DNA of 63,032 bases, filler included. It is 3 parts of 3 records of this genome, joined end to end, with 100 filler letters (N's around TTAATTAATTAA, not from the genome) between each part and the next. Parts side by side here need not be neighbours in the genome. Positions count along the whole stretch, not along the records: positions 28,867 to 55,433 come from DRR378314_690; 2 more parts are not named here. One strand, written 5' to 3'. How positions within the stretch are numbered: the first letter of the stretch is position 1; every line of letters begins with the position of its first letter. The position numbers and the translations under genes are program-made. The notes beneath the pieces were generated by a model, which saw only the letters and a list, made by a program, of their open reading frames with translations, had not been told where the DNA came from and made no database searches. Positions 36,561-47,750 of this stretch are shown here, one piece after another.

Positions 36561-37517
36561 TCAGTTCCCATGAGATCCGTGGTCATGATCCGGTTCGTGA
36601 TGATCCATCATGTCCTTCATGCACACCGTGCCCGGGTCCACGCAGCGGTTCAGGATGGCGTCATACAGCCCGGGATCGACATCGGCGTAATAGCGCACCG
36701 GTTCCTTCTGGCTGGGTTCGGCGAGTTGCTTGTAGGACGCCCGGCTGAGCTCGCCGCCATCGTCACGCACCTTTTCCACCCAGTCTTCAAAGTCCGCCTC
36801 CGTTTCCAGGCCGTGGAAATGGAAGCGCATGTGGGAGAAACCGGCGCCGCTGTAGTTGGCGGAGAAACCGTCGTACACGCCGGGCTCGTTGATCACGCCG
36901 TGCAGCTTGGTCTCCATGCCCGCCATGGAATAGATCTGCCCGGCCAGCGCGGGGATGTAGAACGAGTTCATGTTCGAGTGCGAGGTGATCTCGAAGCGGA
37001 TCGGCCGGTCCACCGGCGCCGCCAGTTCGTTGACGGTGGCGATGCCCTGCTCCGGATAGAAGAACAGCCATTTCCACTCCAGCGACACCACCTGCACCAC
37101 CAGCGGCTCGGTGCCTTCGGGCACCGGGCGGCTGGCGTCGATGCGGTCCAGCGGGCGATACGGGTCCAGCTTATGGGTGCTCACCCAGGTGATCGCGCCC
37201 AGCGCGATGATGATCAGCAACGGCACCGCCCAGATCACCAGCTCGAGCATGGTCGAGTGATCCCAGTCCGGCGAATACTCCGCGTCCCGGTTGGAAGCGC
37301 GATACCGCCAGGCGAACATCAGCGTCATGATGATCACCGGCACGATCACGATCAGCATCAGACCGGTGGCCCAGAGAATCAGATCACGCTGTTGCATGGC
37401 GACATCGCCGGAGGGCGACATCACCACCATGTCACAGCCCGCCAGCAGGGCCAGGGGAACGGATAGAAGGGCGCCTCGAAGCGGCCTGGATAATGAAAAC
37501 AGCTTGGGAAATGCCAT
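36561..37517 (-). CDS. cyoA: Cytochrome bo3 ubiquinol oxidase subunit II (lipoprotein)
   Basis: LLAGC lipobox, [41 protein letters not shown]; no CuA ligands. Start uncertain (MAFPK chosen). Confidence 0.93.
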   Translation of the reverse strand: MAFPKLFSLSRPLRGALLSVPLALLAGCDMVVMSPSGDVAMQQRDLILWATGLMLIVIVPVIIMTLMFAWRYRASNRDAEYSPDWDHSTMLELVIWAVPLLIIIALGAITWVSTHKLDPYRPLDRIDASRPVPEGTEPLVVQVVSLEWKWLFFYPEQGIATVNELAAPVDRPIRFEITSHSNMNSFYIPALAGQIYSMAGMETKLHGVINEPGVYDGFSANYSGAGFSHMRFHFHGLETEADFEDWVEKVRDDGGELSRASYKQLAEPSQKEPVRYYADVDPGLYDAILNRCVDPGTVCMKDMMDHHEPDHDHGSHGN

Positions 37518-37581
37518 TGCCGGATCAGGATTTGTGGCCCACGATACGAACGACTCTACTCGTTGGGGGACGTCGCGGGAA

Positions 37582-37598
37582 TTGGACATTTTGTCCTA
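37582..37598. promoter_or_regulatory. Palindromic site between divergent cyoA and MFS (candidate RegA-type box)
   Basis: TTGGACA-TTT-TGTCCTA, with a perfect GGACA/TGTCC core. Confidence 0.5.
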
Positions 37599-37684
37599 TG
37601 GCGGCGCCCCCGGGTTCAGGCGATGCTATGCATTGGTCGTCCGTTGACGTGCTTAACCCTTTGTTTGCATAAAGAGCCAGCATC

Positions 37685-39019
37685 ATGTCCAGCAGCCAAG
37701 ATCAAACCACGACGCCCGTCACTACCCTGGAACAGGATCTGCGTAATACCACCGCCGACCGCTCCAAGGTGGCGCCCGGGGAAATCGCCGTGGGCGTGGT
37801 GATCGGCCGCGCCTCGGAGTACTTCGATTTCTTCGTGTTCGGCATCGCCTCGGTGCTGGTGTTCCCCTACGTATTCTTCCCGTTCCTGGGGCGCCTGGAA
37901 GGCATGCTGGCGGCGTTCATTATTTTTTCGTTCGCGTTCCTGGCCCGGCCCTTCGGCACCGCCCTGTTCATGACCATCCAGCGGCACTGGGGCCGCGGCG
38001 TGAAACTCACCGTGGCGCTGTTCATGCTGGGCACCGCCACCGTCGGCATGGCGTTGCTGCCCACCTACGACACCCTGGGCGTCTGGACCATCCTGCTGCT
38101 GGCACTGTTCCGTATTCTCCAGGGCTTTGCGCTGGGCGGTTCCTGGGACGGCCTGCCCTCTCTGCTGGCACTGAACGCGCCGCGCGATCGGCGCAGCTGG
38201 TACGCCATGCTCGGCCAGCTCGGCGCGCCGATCGGCTTCCTGGTGGCCGCGGCCCTGTTCCTGTACCTGGTGCTGAGCCTCTCCAGTGAGGATTTCCTGG
38301 GCTGGGGCTGGCGCTACCCGTTCTTCGTCGCTTTCGCGATCAACGTGGTGGCGCTGTTCGCGCGCCTGCGCCTGGTGGTCACCGATGAGTACACCCGCGC
38401 CCTGGAAGAAGGCGAACTGGAGCCCATCGGCACCCGCGAGATGCTGCGCCGGCAGGGCTACAACATCTTTATCGGCTCGTTCGCGGCGCTGGCCAGCTAC
38501 GCCCTGTTCCACATGGTGACCATTTTTCCGTTGTCCTGGATCAGCTTTAACGAAAGCCAGTCGATCCACGACGTGCTCGGCGTCCAGCTCGCCGGCGCGG
38601 TGCTCGCCGTGTTCGGCACCATCGCCTCCGGCTGGATCGCCGATCGCATCGGCAAGCGCACCACGGTGGCTTTGCTGGCCTGTCTGATCGGTGTCTTCGC
38701 GCTGTTCACGCCGATGCTGCTGGACGGCTCCCCGGTCCAGCAGGACGCCTTTATCCTGATCGGCTTCGCCCTGCTGGGCGTCTCCTACGGCCAGGCCGCC
38801 GGCACCGTGACCACCAACTTCGAGCGCCGCTTCCGCTACACCGGGGCGGCCTTCACCTCGGATTTCGCCTGGCTGTTCGGCGCCGCCTTCGCGCCGCTGG
38901 TGGCGCTCGGGCTGTCGGCCAACTTCGGCCTCGCCTACGTCAGTGTCTACCTGCTCTCCGGGGTGGTCTGCACGCTGCTGGCGTTGCGCATCAACAAATC
39001 GCTGGAAGCCAGCGACTAG
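37685..39019 (+). CDS. MFS transporter (MHS-like), cyo-cluster associated
   Basis: SEYFDFFVFG, ARPFG, RILQGFALGGSWDG, GWRYPF; about 12 TM segments. Confidence 0.9.
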   Translation: MSSSQDQTTTPVTTLEQDLRNTTADRSKVAPGEIAVGVVIGRASEYFDFFVFGIASVLVFPYVFFPFLGRLEGMLAAFIIFSFAFLARPFGTALFMTIQRHWGRGVKLTVALFMLGTATVGMALLPTYDTLGVWTILLLALFRILQGFALGGSWDGLPSLLALNAPRDRRSWYAMLGQLGAPIGFLVAAALFLYLVLSLSSEDFLGWGWRYPFFVAFAINVVALFARLRLVVTDEYTRALEEGELEPIGTREMLRRQGYNIFIGSFAALASYALFHMVTIFPLSWISFNESQSIHDVLGVQLAGAVLAVFGTIASGWIADRIGKRTTVALLACLIGVFALFTPMLLDGSPVQQDAFILIGFALLGVSYGQAAGTVTTNFERRFRYTGAAFTSDFAWLFGAAFAPLVALGLSANFGLAYVSVYLLSGVVCTLLALRINKSLEASD

Positions 39020-39026
39020 GGCCTGT

Positions 39027-39932
39027 TCACACCAGGAAAGGCCGGGCGGCGTCGATGACGGCGTCCGGCGCTTCGGTCTGTGGGTAGTGGCCGACGCCGG
39101 CCAGTTCCACCACGTCCGGGTCGGGAATCAGCTCCCGGTAGCGCGCCACCATGTGGCCGCCGGACACCGGGTCCTCGGTGCCGTCGATCAAACGCACCGG
39201 GATACCGCGCCGCGCCGCGTCGCGCAGAGCGCCCACCCAGCGTTCACGGTGGCGGCGCCGCTCTTCCATGTAGCGAATCAGGCGCGGCATCACCGCGCGG
39301 CCGTTTCGGTGCTGCAGCAACGCCCAATAACCCGCCACTTCGCCGTCCGGCAGGGGCCGGGCGCAGATGTGGCGGAAGGTGGCTTCCATCTTCTCGAAGG
39401 TGAAGAACTTCACCACCAGGGGGCCGAGCGGGCTGATCAGCAGTTTCTGCAGGCGCACCGGCAGGTGGGTTTCCGGGAACAGGCCGCCGTTGAGCAGCAC
39501 CACCTTGTCGATCTCCAGGCCGGGCTGTTGCCGGTCGGCGCGCTCGCCGTGGCGGGCCAGCAGCTCCTGGGTGACGGTGTCGCCGTAGTCGTGGGCCAGT
39601 ATCCGGCAGCGGGCCACGCCCAGCCTGGCGAGCAGGGCTTCCACCATGTCCGCCTGGGCGAGAATGCTGTAGGGAAAGCGGCGCGGCTTGGCGCTGAGCC
39701 CGAAGCCCAGCAGGTCCATCATGATCACCCGGTAGTCGGCGGTGAACGCCGGCAGGATGTGCCGCCAGTCCCAACTGGCGGTGGGAAAGCCGTGGATCAT
39801 CACCAGCACCGGACGGTCGGCGCCGCCCTCATCCCGGTACCAGATGTCCTGGCCGTTCCAGTCGAAGGTGGCACCGCCGGCCCGCCAGGTCTCGATCGCC
39901 TGGAGGGCGGGCTGGTGTGGGTCAGAGGGCAT
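39027..39932 (-). CDS. Alpha/beta hydrolase (epoxide hydrolase/MEST-like)
   Basis: HGFPTASWDW, DLLGFGLS, AHDYG (Asp nucleophile), DPVSG, GHYPQ. Confidence 0.9.
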   Translation of the reverse strand: MPSDPHQPALQAIETWRAGGATFDWNGQDIWYRDEGGADRPVLVMIHGFPTASWDWRHILPAFTADYRVIMMDLLGFGLSAKPRRFPYSILAQADMVEALLARLGVARCRILAHDYGDTVTQELLARHGERADRQQPGLEIDKVVLLNGGLFPETHLPVRLQKLLISPLGPLVVKFFTFEKMEATFRHICARPLPDGEVAGYWALLQHRNGRAVMPRLIRYMEERRRHRERWVGALRDAARRGIPVRLIDGTEDPVSGGHMVARYRELIPDPDVVELAGVGHYPQTEAPDAVIDAARPFLV

Positions 39933-39970
39933 CGGTGTTCTCCTTGTTATCGCCCGCGCCGCGAGTGCCG

Positions 39971-41083
39971 CTAGCTCAGTGAGCCCAACGCCGCCTTGGT
40001 GAACGGCTCGATCTCATCATGCTGGCCGTCGCGCATTTTGACCAGCCAGTTGGGGTCCTGCAGCAAGGCTCGGCCCACCGCGATCAGGTCGAACTCGTCC
40101 GCCGCCATGCGCTTGGCCAGGTCCTCGATGCCCTTGGGGTTGGCGTTGCCGCCGATGCCCTGGTTGTTGGCGCCGATAAAGTCGTCGTCCAGCCCCACGC
40201 TGCCCACGGAGATCACCGGCTTGCCGGTGAGCTTGCGGGTCCAGCCGGCCAGGTTCAGGTCGGAGCCTTCGAATTCAGGGGTCCAGAAGCGGCGCGTGGA
40301 GGCGTGGAACACGTCCACGCCGGCGTCGGTGAACAGCGTCAGGAAGCGCTCCAGCTCTTCCGGGGTTTCCGCCAGACGCGCTTCGTAATCCTGCTGCTTC
40401 CACTGGGAAAAGCGCAGCACGATGGCGAAGTCCTCGCCCACCGCGGCGCGCACCGCCTCGACGATTTCCACGCCGAAGCGGGCGCGGTTTTCCAGGGAGC
40501 CGCCGTACTGGTCGTCACGCTGGTTGGTGCCTTCCCAGAAGAACTGGTCCAGCAGGTAGCCGTGGGCGCCGTGGATCTCCACGCCGTCGAAGCCGATCTC
40601 CTTGGCGGCGCGGGCGGAATCCGCGAACGCCTGGATCACGTCCTGGATGTCCTTCAGGGTCATGGCTTCGCCATTGGGCTTGCCGGGCTTGAACAGGCCG
40701 GACGGGGAGTAACCGGGGGCGTCCTTGTCCGGGCCCACGCCGGGCCGGCGGGTGCCGCCCACGTGCCAGAGCTGGGGAATGATGGCGCCGTTGGCGGCGT
40801 GCACCTGGCGCACCACTTCCTTCCAGCCGTTGAGCGCCGCTTCGCCATGGAACGCCGGCACGCTGTCGTGGCCCGGCGCGCCGGGGTGACCCACGGTGGT
40901 GCCCTCGGTGATCAGCAGCCCCACTTCGCCCTCGGCGCGGCGCCGGTAGTAGCCGGCCACTTCCTCGGTGGGCACCTGGCCCGGTGAGAAATTGCGGGTC
41001 ATGGGCGCCATCGCCACCCGGTTACGCAGCTTCAGGGATTTGCATTCAAAAGGACGGAACAAAGGGGCCAGATCAGCGCTCAT
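39971..41083 (-). CDS. NADH:flavin oxidoreductase (Old Yellow Enzyme family)
   Basis: NRVAMAPMTR, QLWHVG, GFDGVEIHGAHGYL, NQRDDQYGG, RFSQWK, AVGRALL. Confidence 0.93.
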   Translation of the reverse strand: MSADLAPLFRPFECKSLKLRNRVAMAPMTRNFSPGQVPTEEVAGYYRRRAEGEVGLLITEGTTVGHPGAPGHDSVPAFHGEAALNGWKEVVRQVHAANGAIIPQLWHVGGTRRPGVGPDKDAPGYSPSGLFKPGKPNGEAMTLKDIQDVIQAFADSARAAKEIGFDGVEIHGAHGYLLDQFFWEGTNQRDDQYGGSLENRARFGVEIVEAVRAAVGEDFAIVLRFSQWKQQDYEARLAETPEELERFLTLFTDAGVDVFHASTRRFWTPEFEGSDLNLAGWTRKLTGKPVISVGSVGLDDDFIGANNQGIGGNANPKGIEDLAKRMAADEFDLIAVGRALLQDPNWLVKMRDGQHDEIEPFTKAALGSLS

Positions 41084-41120
41084 TGGGGCACTCCAGACAG
41101 GGATACGATAACAGGCAATT

Positions 41121-41167
41121 CGGTTGCGTTTCGAAACCGTACCCATAACGGTTTCTTCTTGCAACCG
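41121..41167. promoter_or_regulatory. Two 19-bp imperfect palindromic operators in the OYE/HxlR divergon
   Basis: CGGTTGC-GTTTC-GAAACCG (41121-41139) and CGGTTTC-TTCTT-GCAACCG (41149-41167). Confidence 0.65.
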
Positions 41168-41186
41168 TATTTGGCACACTGCCCCC

Positions 41187-41645
41187 ATGGTCCGTAAACG
41201 ATTTCCCGACACCCACTGCTCCGTGGCCCGCGCCCTCAATGACGTGGGCGACTGGTGGTCCCTTCTGGTGGTGAAAGAAGCCATGCTCGGCACCCGCCGG
41301 TTCGTGGACTTTCAGCAGAACCTCGGCATCGCCCGCAATATTCTCTGCGACCGTCTGGCGCGGCTGCTGGAGAACGGCGTGCTGATCAAGCAGGACGTGG
41401 GCGAGCACGGCACCCGCTACGAGTACCGGCTCACCGACAAGGGGCGGGATCTGTTCACGGTGATCACCGCGCTGCGTCAGTGGAGCGACCGCTGGAACGG
41501 GGAAAGCGACGGCCCGGAACTGGTCGACCGGGCCAACGGCGAACCGGTGCGGACCGTGGCGGTGCAAAGCCGCGATGGCCGCGCGCTGGACGTGCGCGCG
41601 GTGGTCTACCGGGATTCGTCGGACACCGACAGCGCCGCGGGCTGA
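41187..41645 (+). CDS. HxlR/DUF24-family winged-helix regulator
   Basis: CSVARALNDVGDWWSLLVV, RRFVDFQ..LGIARNIL..RL, YEYRLTDKGRDL. Confidence 0.92.
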   Translation: MVRKRFPDTHCSVARALNDVGDWWSLLVVKEAMLGTRRFVDFQQNLGIARNILCDRLARLLENGVLIKQDVGEHGTRYEYRLTDKGRDLFTVITALRQWSDRWNGESDGPELVDRANGEPVRTVAVQSRDGRALDVRAVVYRDSSDTDSAAG

Positions 41646-42196
41646 TCCTCCAGCTCGATGCGGCGCGCCTTCCAGTAACGCTCCTTCCAATAGACGTTGT
41701 TCAGCGACGAGGTCATCACGCCGCGGCTGGTGGAGGCATGCAGAAAGCGCTTGCCGCCCATGTAGATGCCCACATGGCGCTGGCGGAAGCCGGTCTTGAA
41801 GAACACCAGATCGCCGGCCTGCAGCTGCGAGCGGCTCACCCTCTCCCCCTCCCGGGCCAGTTCCTCGGTGGTGCGCGGCAGGTCGACGCCGAGCTTTGAC
41901 CGGAAGGTGATCTGCACGAAGGCGGAACAGTCCACGCCGGCCTCGCTGCTGCCGCCAAGCCGGTACGGCACGCCGCGCCAGCGCTCCGCCTGGGCGCGCA
42001 GCAGCGGCAGCACCGGCGAGCTCTCGCCCCCGGCGCCCTGGGCGGGCACGTCGTCGCGTAGCAGCGGCGGCGGCTCGCCGCCGGCGGCACGCTCTTCCAC
42101 ATGGGGCGCCGGGCGGCTGGCGCAGCCGACAAGCAACGCCGCCAGTATCAAAAGCACCGGCAGTGAGGCGCGCTGAAGAACGGGGGCAAAAAGCAC
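41606..42196 (-). CDS. NlpC/P60-family lipoprotein (peptidoglycan endopeptidase)
   Basis: LLVGC lipobox, GVPYRLGG, DCSAFV, LPRT, GDLVFF, HVGIY, FLHAS. GTG start inferred. Confidence 0.9.
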   Translation of the reverse strand: MLFAPVLQRASLPVLLILAALLVGCASRPAPHVEERAAGGEPPPLLRDDVPAQGAGGESSPVLPLLRAQAERWRGVPYRLGGSSEAGVDCSAFVQITFRSKLGVDLPRTTEELAREGERVSRSQLQAGDLVFFKTGFRQRHVGIYMGGKRFLHASTSRGVMTSSLNNVYWKERYWKARRIELEDQPAALSVSDESR

Positions 42197-42276
42197 GGAA
42201 ACGGCGTCTCCCTGGGTTTTCGGAACAGCGTTTTGCGGACTATACCGCCGGCCGGCGGCGCCCGCCAACGCCAAAG

Positions 42277-42939
42277 TCAGTGGTGTCCCTGGTGTTCCAT
42301 CATGTGCCTGGGGTTGTGCATGCCCTGTTTTACGCCGAAGCGGATCAGCAGCACATTGACGGGGTAAGCCACCAGCAACCCCACCGACAGGGAGATAATC
42401 AGCGCGCCCCAGAACACCGGGTCCCCGATACGGGCGTCGCCGGCCAGGCCGGCGTTCACCGACAGGGCCGAAGCTTCCATAACCGTGATGCTGATCGATT
42501 CGGCCACCACCGAGTCCTTCAGCGCGACGCCGAACGCCTCACCGGCCTGCACCAGCGGCCCCAGTGTGAAGGCGAAGCCGATGATATAGGCGAGCGTGAA
42601 GGTGGTCAGGTTGACCGGCCAGCCGGTCATGGCCAGGAGCCCGGCCAGCGTCAGCACACCGATAATTTCACCGAGACCGCAACCTGAGTAACAGTGGGCC
42701 ACGGAGCGGAAGCTCTTGCGCCACAGGGAATCGTGGGCGATCTGGCCGCGCCCGGTATACCAGTACACCGCCAGTCCCAGGGGGCCGGAATACAGCACCG
42801 TCAGCACCCAGGCGACCTTCATCATGCCGCCCAGGAAGGCGTTGTGGCGGCGCAGGTCCTGGATTACCCAGGCGGCGCAGGCCAGGGATATCACGGCCCA
42901 GACCGCCAGCACCGGCCAGGTCAACCACTGAGAGAGCAT
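42277..42939 (-). CDS. DUF4396-like membrane protein
   Basis: AHCYSGCGLGEIIG, ESISITVME, AYPVN..LIRFGVK; His/Met-rich tail; SD AGGAGG. Confidence 0.75.
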   Translation of the reverse strand: MLSQWLTWPVLAVWAVISLACAAWVIQDLRRHNAFLGGMMKVAWVLTVLYSGPLGLAVYWYTGRGQIAHDSLWRKSFRSVAHCYSGCGLGEIIGVLTLAGLLAMTGWPVNLTTFTLAYIIGFAFTLGPLVQAGEAFGVALKDSVVAESISITVMEASALSVNAGLAGDARIGDPVFWGALIISLSVGLLVAYPVNVLLIRFGVKQGMHNPRHMMEHQGHH

Positions 42940-43052
42940 ATCGCCTCCTTGCATTCTCGCTTCCGTCACGCGGAGAAAGGGGCTCAGCTTCGGCGGGGAA
43001 GGCCGGGTCCACAAGCGCGGACCCGGCATCATTACGAAGTTTCACAACGGCG

Positions 43053-43727
43053 TCAGACGCCGGCCAGCTCCCGGCGCAGCTCACCGATCACCGCCGGATA
43101 ATCGTCCTTGCCGAAAATCGCGGAGCCGGCCACGAAGGTGTCGGCGCCGGCGGCCGCCACCTGGCGGATGTTCTTTTCCGAGATACCGCCGTCCACTTCC
43201 AGGCGGATATCCCGGCCGCTGGCGTCGATCAGGGCGCGCACTTGCTCGATCTTGCCCAGGGTGCCGGGAATGAACGACTGGCCGCCGAAGCCCGGGTTCA
43301 CGCTCATCAACAGCACCATGTCGAGCTTGTCCATCACGTACTCCAGGCACGCCGGGCTGGTCGCCGGGTTGAGCACCAGCCCGGCCTGGCAGCCGGCGTC
43401 GTGAATCAGCTGCAGGGAGCGGTCCACGTGGGCGGAGGCCTCCGGGTGGAAGGTGATCATGGAGGCACCGGCGTCGGCGAACATGCGGATCAGATCATCC
43501 ACCGGGCTGACCATCAGATGGACGTCGATGGGCGCGGTGATGCCGTGCTGACGCAGCGCCTTGCAGACCATCGGGCCGATGGTCAGGTTGGGCACGTAGT
43601 GGTTGTCCATGACGTCGAAATGGATCATGTCGGCGCCGGCGGCAAGCACCGCGTCGCACTCCTCGCCCAGGCGCGCGAAGTCGGCGGCGAGAATGGAGGG
43701 GGCGATGAAGTCGGTTTGCTTGGCCAT
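43053..43727 (-). CDS. rpe: Ribulose-phosphate 3-epimerase
   Basis: [44 protein letters not shown]. Confidence 0.97.
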   Translation of the reverse strand: MAKQTDFIAPSILAADFARLGEECDAVLAAGADMIHFDVMDNHYVPNLTIGPMVCKALRQHGITAPIDVHLMVSPVDDLIRMFADAGASMITFHPEASAHVDRSLQLIHDAGCQAGLVLNPATSPACLEYVMDKLDMVLLMSVNPGFGGQSFIPGTLGKIEQVRALIDASGRDIRLEVDGGISEKNIRQVAAAGADTFVAGSAIFGKDDYPAVIGELRRELAGV

Positions 43728-43736
43728 GAAATGTCC

Positions 43737-45418
<1,682 letters not shown>

Positions 45419-45476
45419 CAATCCATTACACTGCCGCGATTGCGAAACGGCCCTTTTTACCTGTTCCGAGCAGCCG

Positions 45477-47750
45477 ATGCCACTGCCCTCACGATTGTTT
45501 TTAACCGGCCTCGCCCTTTTGCTGGCCGGCGTCGCCGGAGCCGACGACGACCTCAATTGGGTCGACCGCGACACTATGACGAGCCTGCCGCCGGTGCAGC
45601 AGCGGCCGATTCCGGTCTGGTGCAGCGGCATCTATTACAACCCGTCCGTGGGTGTGCCGGCGGATCAGAGCGACATCATCATCACCGCCGACAGCACCAG
45701 CCTTACCCAGGACGGGCTGATCAATATGGACGGCGAGGTGCTGATCGAGCGCCCCGGCCGGCGTCTGACCACCCAATCCGCGCTGCTCGACCAGTCCAGC
45801 GGCAAGTTCGAGGTGGCCAACAGCCTGCGCCTGGAAACCGACCAGTTCACCTTCATCGCCGACGGCATGAGCGGCCAGACCCAGCGCCGCGAGGCGAGCC
45901 TCAACCGGGTCCGCTATGCGCTGTTCGGCCCGGGCGCCCGGGGCACCGCCGAGCACATTGATCTGGTGGACAATTTCACCACTATCGAGCAGGGCACCTA
46001 CACCACCTGCGCGCCCGGCTCCAACGGCTGGGAACTGGGCGGCCGGCAAATCCGGCTGGACCGGGAGAAGGGCTGGGGCGAGGCCCGCGACGTGACCCTG
46101 CGCGTCAAGGGCGTGCCGCTGATCTGGCTGCCCTGGATCACCTTCCCGATCGATGAGCGACGCAAAACCGGTCTGCTGTTTCCCACCATCACCACCAGCG
46201 ACAGCGGCGGCGCGGACCTCACTCAGCCGATCTATATCAACATCCATCCGCAGATGGACGCCACCATCGCGCCACGCTTTATCAGCGGGCGGGGCAGCGG
46301 CTTGGAGAGCGAATTCCGTTATCTCACCGAGCTGGGCCGGGGCCAGCTCAGCTACGGCGTACTGTTCAACGACAGCGAATTCGACGGCCAGGACCGGGAA
46401 TTGGCGGCCTGGCGCCATGACGGCTCGGTGGGCCGCTGGGCGCTCACCGCCGACGTGAACTACGTGTCCGACGACTTCTATTTCAAGGACCTGGATACCG
46501 GCCTGGAGGTGAGTTCGCGAACGCATCTGCCACGGCTGGGCGAGGCGCGCTATTTCGGTCGCGACTGGCGGGCGCTGGCGCGGGTGCAATCCTGGCAGAC
46601 CATTGACCCGACCCTGCCGGACGACCAGTTGCCCTACCGCCGCCTGCCGCAGTTGCAGCTTTCCGGTGACCCGCAGCTGCTGGGCCCGGTGCGCGGCCTG
46701 TGGCTCAGCGACGTGACCGCCTTCGACCGCTCCGACAAGGACACCAGCAACAACCCCACCGGCGCCCGCGTGCACCTGGCCCCGGGCCTGGCGATGCGTA
46801 TCGAGGAAAGCTGGGGCTATGTGGAACCCCAGGCGCGGCTTTACCATAACCGCTACCAGCTCGATGACGCGGAAACCTCCGCCAGCGACGCCACCCTGAG
46901 CACCTGGGGGGCGAGTGTGGATTCCGGGTTGTTCCTGGAGCGCGAGACCAATCTGTTCGGGCGCGGCTACACGCAGACCCTTGAGCCACGACTGTTCATC
47001 AACAAGCTGGCCTATGAACAGCAGGATCAGCTGCCCAATTTCGACAGCGGCGAGCTGACCTTCTCGTACAATACGCTGTTCCGCCAGAACCGGTTTATCG
47101 GTTACGACCGCTTCGGCGACGAAGAAAAGGCGTCGCTGGGCCTGACCAGCCGTTTCCTGCGCAACGCCGACGGTCGCGAGCAGCTGCGGCTGCGCCTGGG
47201 CCAGGGCTTCTATCGGGGCGAGCGCAAGGTGCAACTGGACGGCGAACCGCCGGACGACGCCGACCAGACCCCCATGGTCGCCGACATGCGTTGGAACTTT
47301 GGGCACGATTGGTACCTCTACACGGAGGGACAATGGGACACGCACGCCAATGAACGGCAGCGCTCCTCGGTCCGGCTGGGTTACACCGACCGGGAACGGC
47401 GGGTGTTCAACCTGGCCTTCCACGACCGCCCCGCGGATGACATCCGCCAGTCGGAGATCGCCACCATCCTGCCGATCCACAACAACTGGCGGCTGGTGGG
47501 CCGCTGGCTCTATGACTATGAGAACCAGCGTACCCTGGAAACACTGGCGGGCGCCGAATGGCGCAACTGCTGTTGGAAAATCCGTTTGCTGAGCCAGCGG
47601 GAACTCACCGACGAAGACGGTGACACCACGCTGGAAGCGGACACCACCGTGCTACTACAGATTCAAATGACCGGGCTGGGCGGCTTCGGCGGCCGGGTGG
47701 ATTCCCTGCTGGAACGCAGCATTCCCGGATACAGGAGTGAATATGATTAG
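45477..47750 (+). CDS. lptD: LPS assembly protein LptD
   Basis: Signal peptide, YTTCAPG, RKTGLLFP, YRRLPQL, QTLEPRL, NRFIGYDR, NCCW; upstream of surA. Confidence 0.95.
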   Translation: MPLPSRLFLTGLALLLAGVAGADDDLNWVDRDTMTSLPPVQQRPIPVWCSGIYYNPSVGVPADQSDIIITADSTSLTQDGLINMDGEVLIERPGRRLTTQSALLDQSSGKFEVANSLRLETDQFTFIADGMSGQTQRREASLNRVRYALFGPGARGTAEHIDLVDNFTTIEQGTYTTCAPGSNGWELGGRQIRLDREKGWGEARDVTLRVKGVPLIWLPWITFPIDERRKTGLLFPTITTSDSGGADLTQPIYINIHPQMDATIAPRFISGRGSGLESEFRYLTELGRGQLSYGVLFNDSEFDGQDRELAAWRHDGSVGRWALTADVNYVSDDFYFKDLDTGLEVSSRTHLPRLGEARYFGRDWRALARVQSWQTIDPTLPDDQLPYRRLPQLQLSGDPQLLGPVRGLWLSDVTAFDRSDKDTSNNPTGARVHLAPGLAMRIEESWGYVEPQARLYHNRYQLDDAETSASDATLSTWGASVDSGLFLERETNLFGRGYTQTLEPRLFINKLAYEQQDQLPNFDSGELTFSYNTLFRQNRFIGYDRFGDEEKASLGLTSRFLRNADGREQLRLRLGQGFYRGERKVQLDGEPPDDADQTPMVADMRWNFGHDWYLYTEGQWDTHANERQRSSVRLGYTDRERRVFNLAFHDRPADDIRQSEIATILPIHNNWRLVGRWLYDYENQRTLETLAGAEWRNCCWKIRLLSQRELTDEDGDTTLEADTTVLLQIQMTGLGGFGGRVDSLLERSIPGYRSEYD

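Noticed and set aside
39017-39030. TAGGGCCTGTT resembling an IS5-family end
   Set aside because: There is no partner repeat or transposase, and it overlaps two stop codons.
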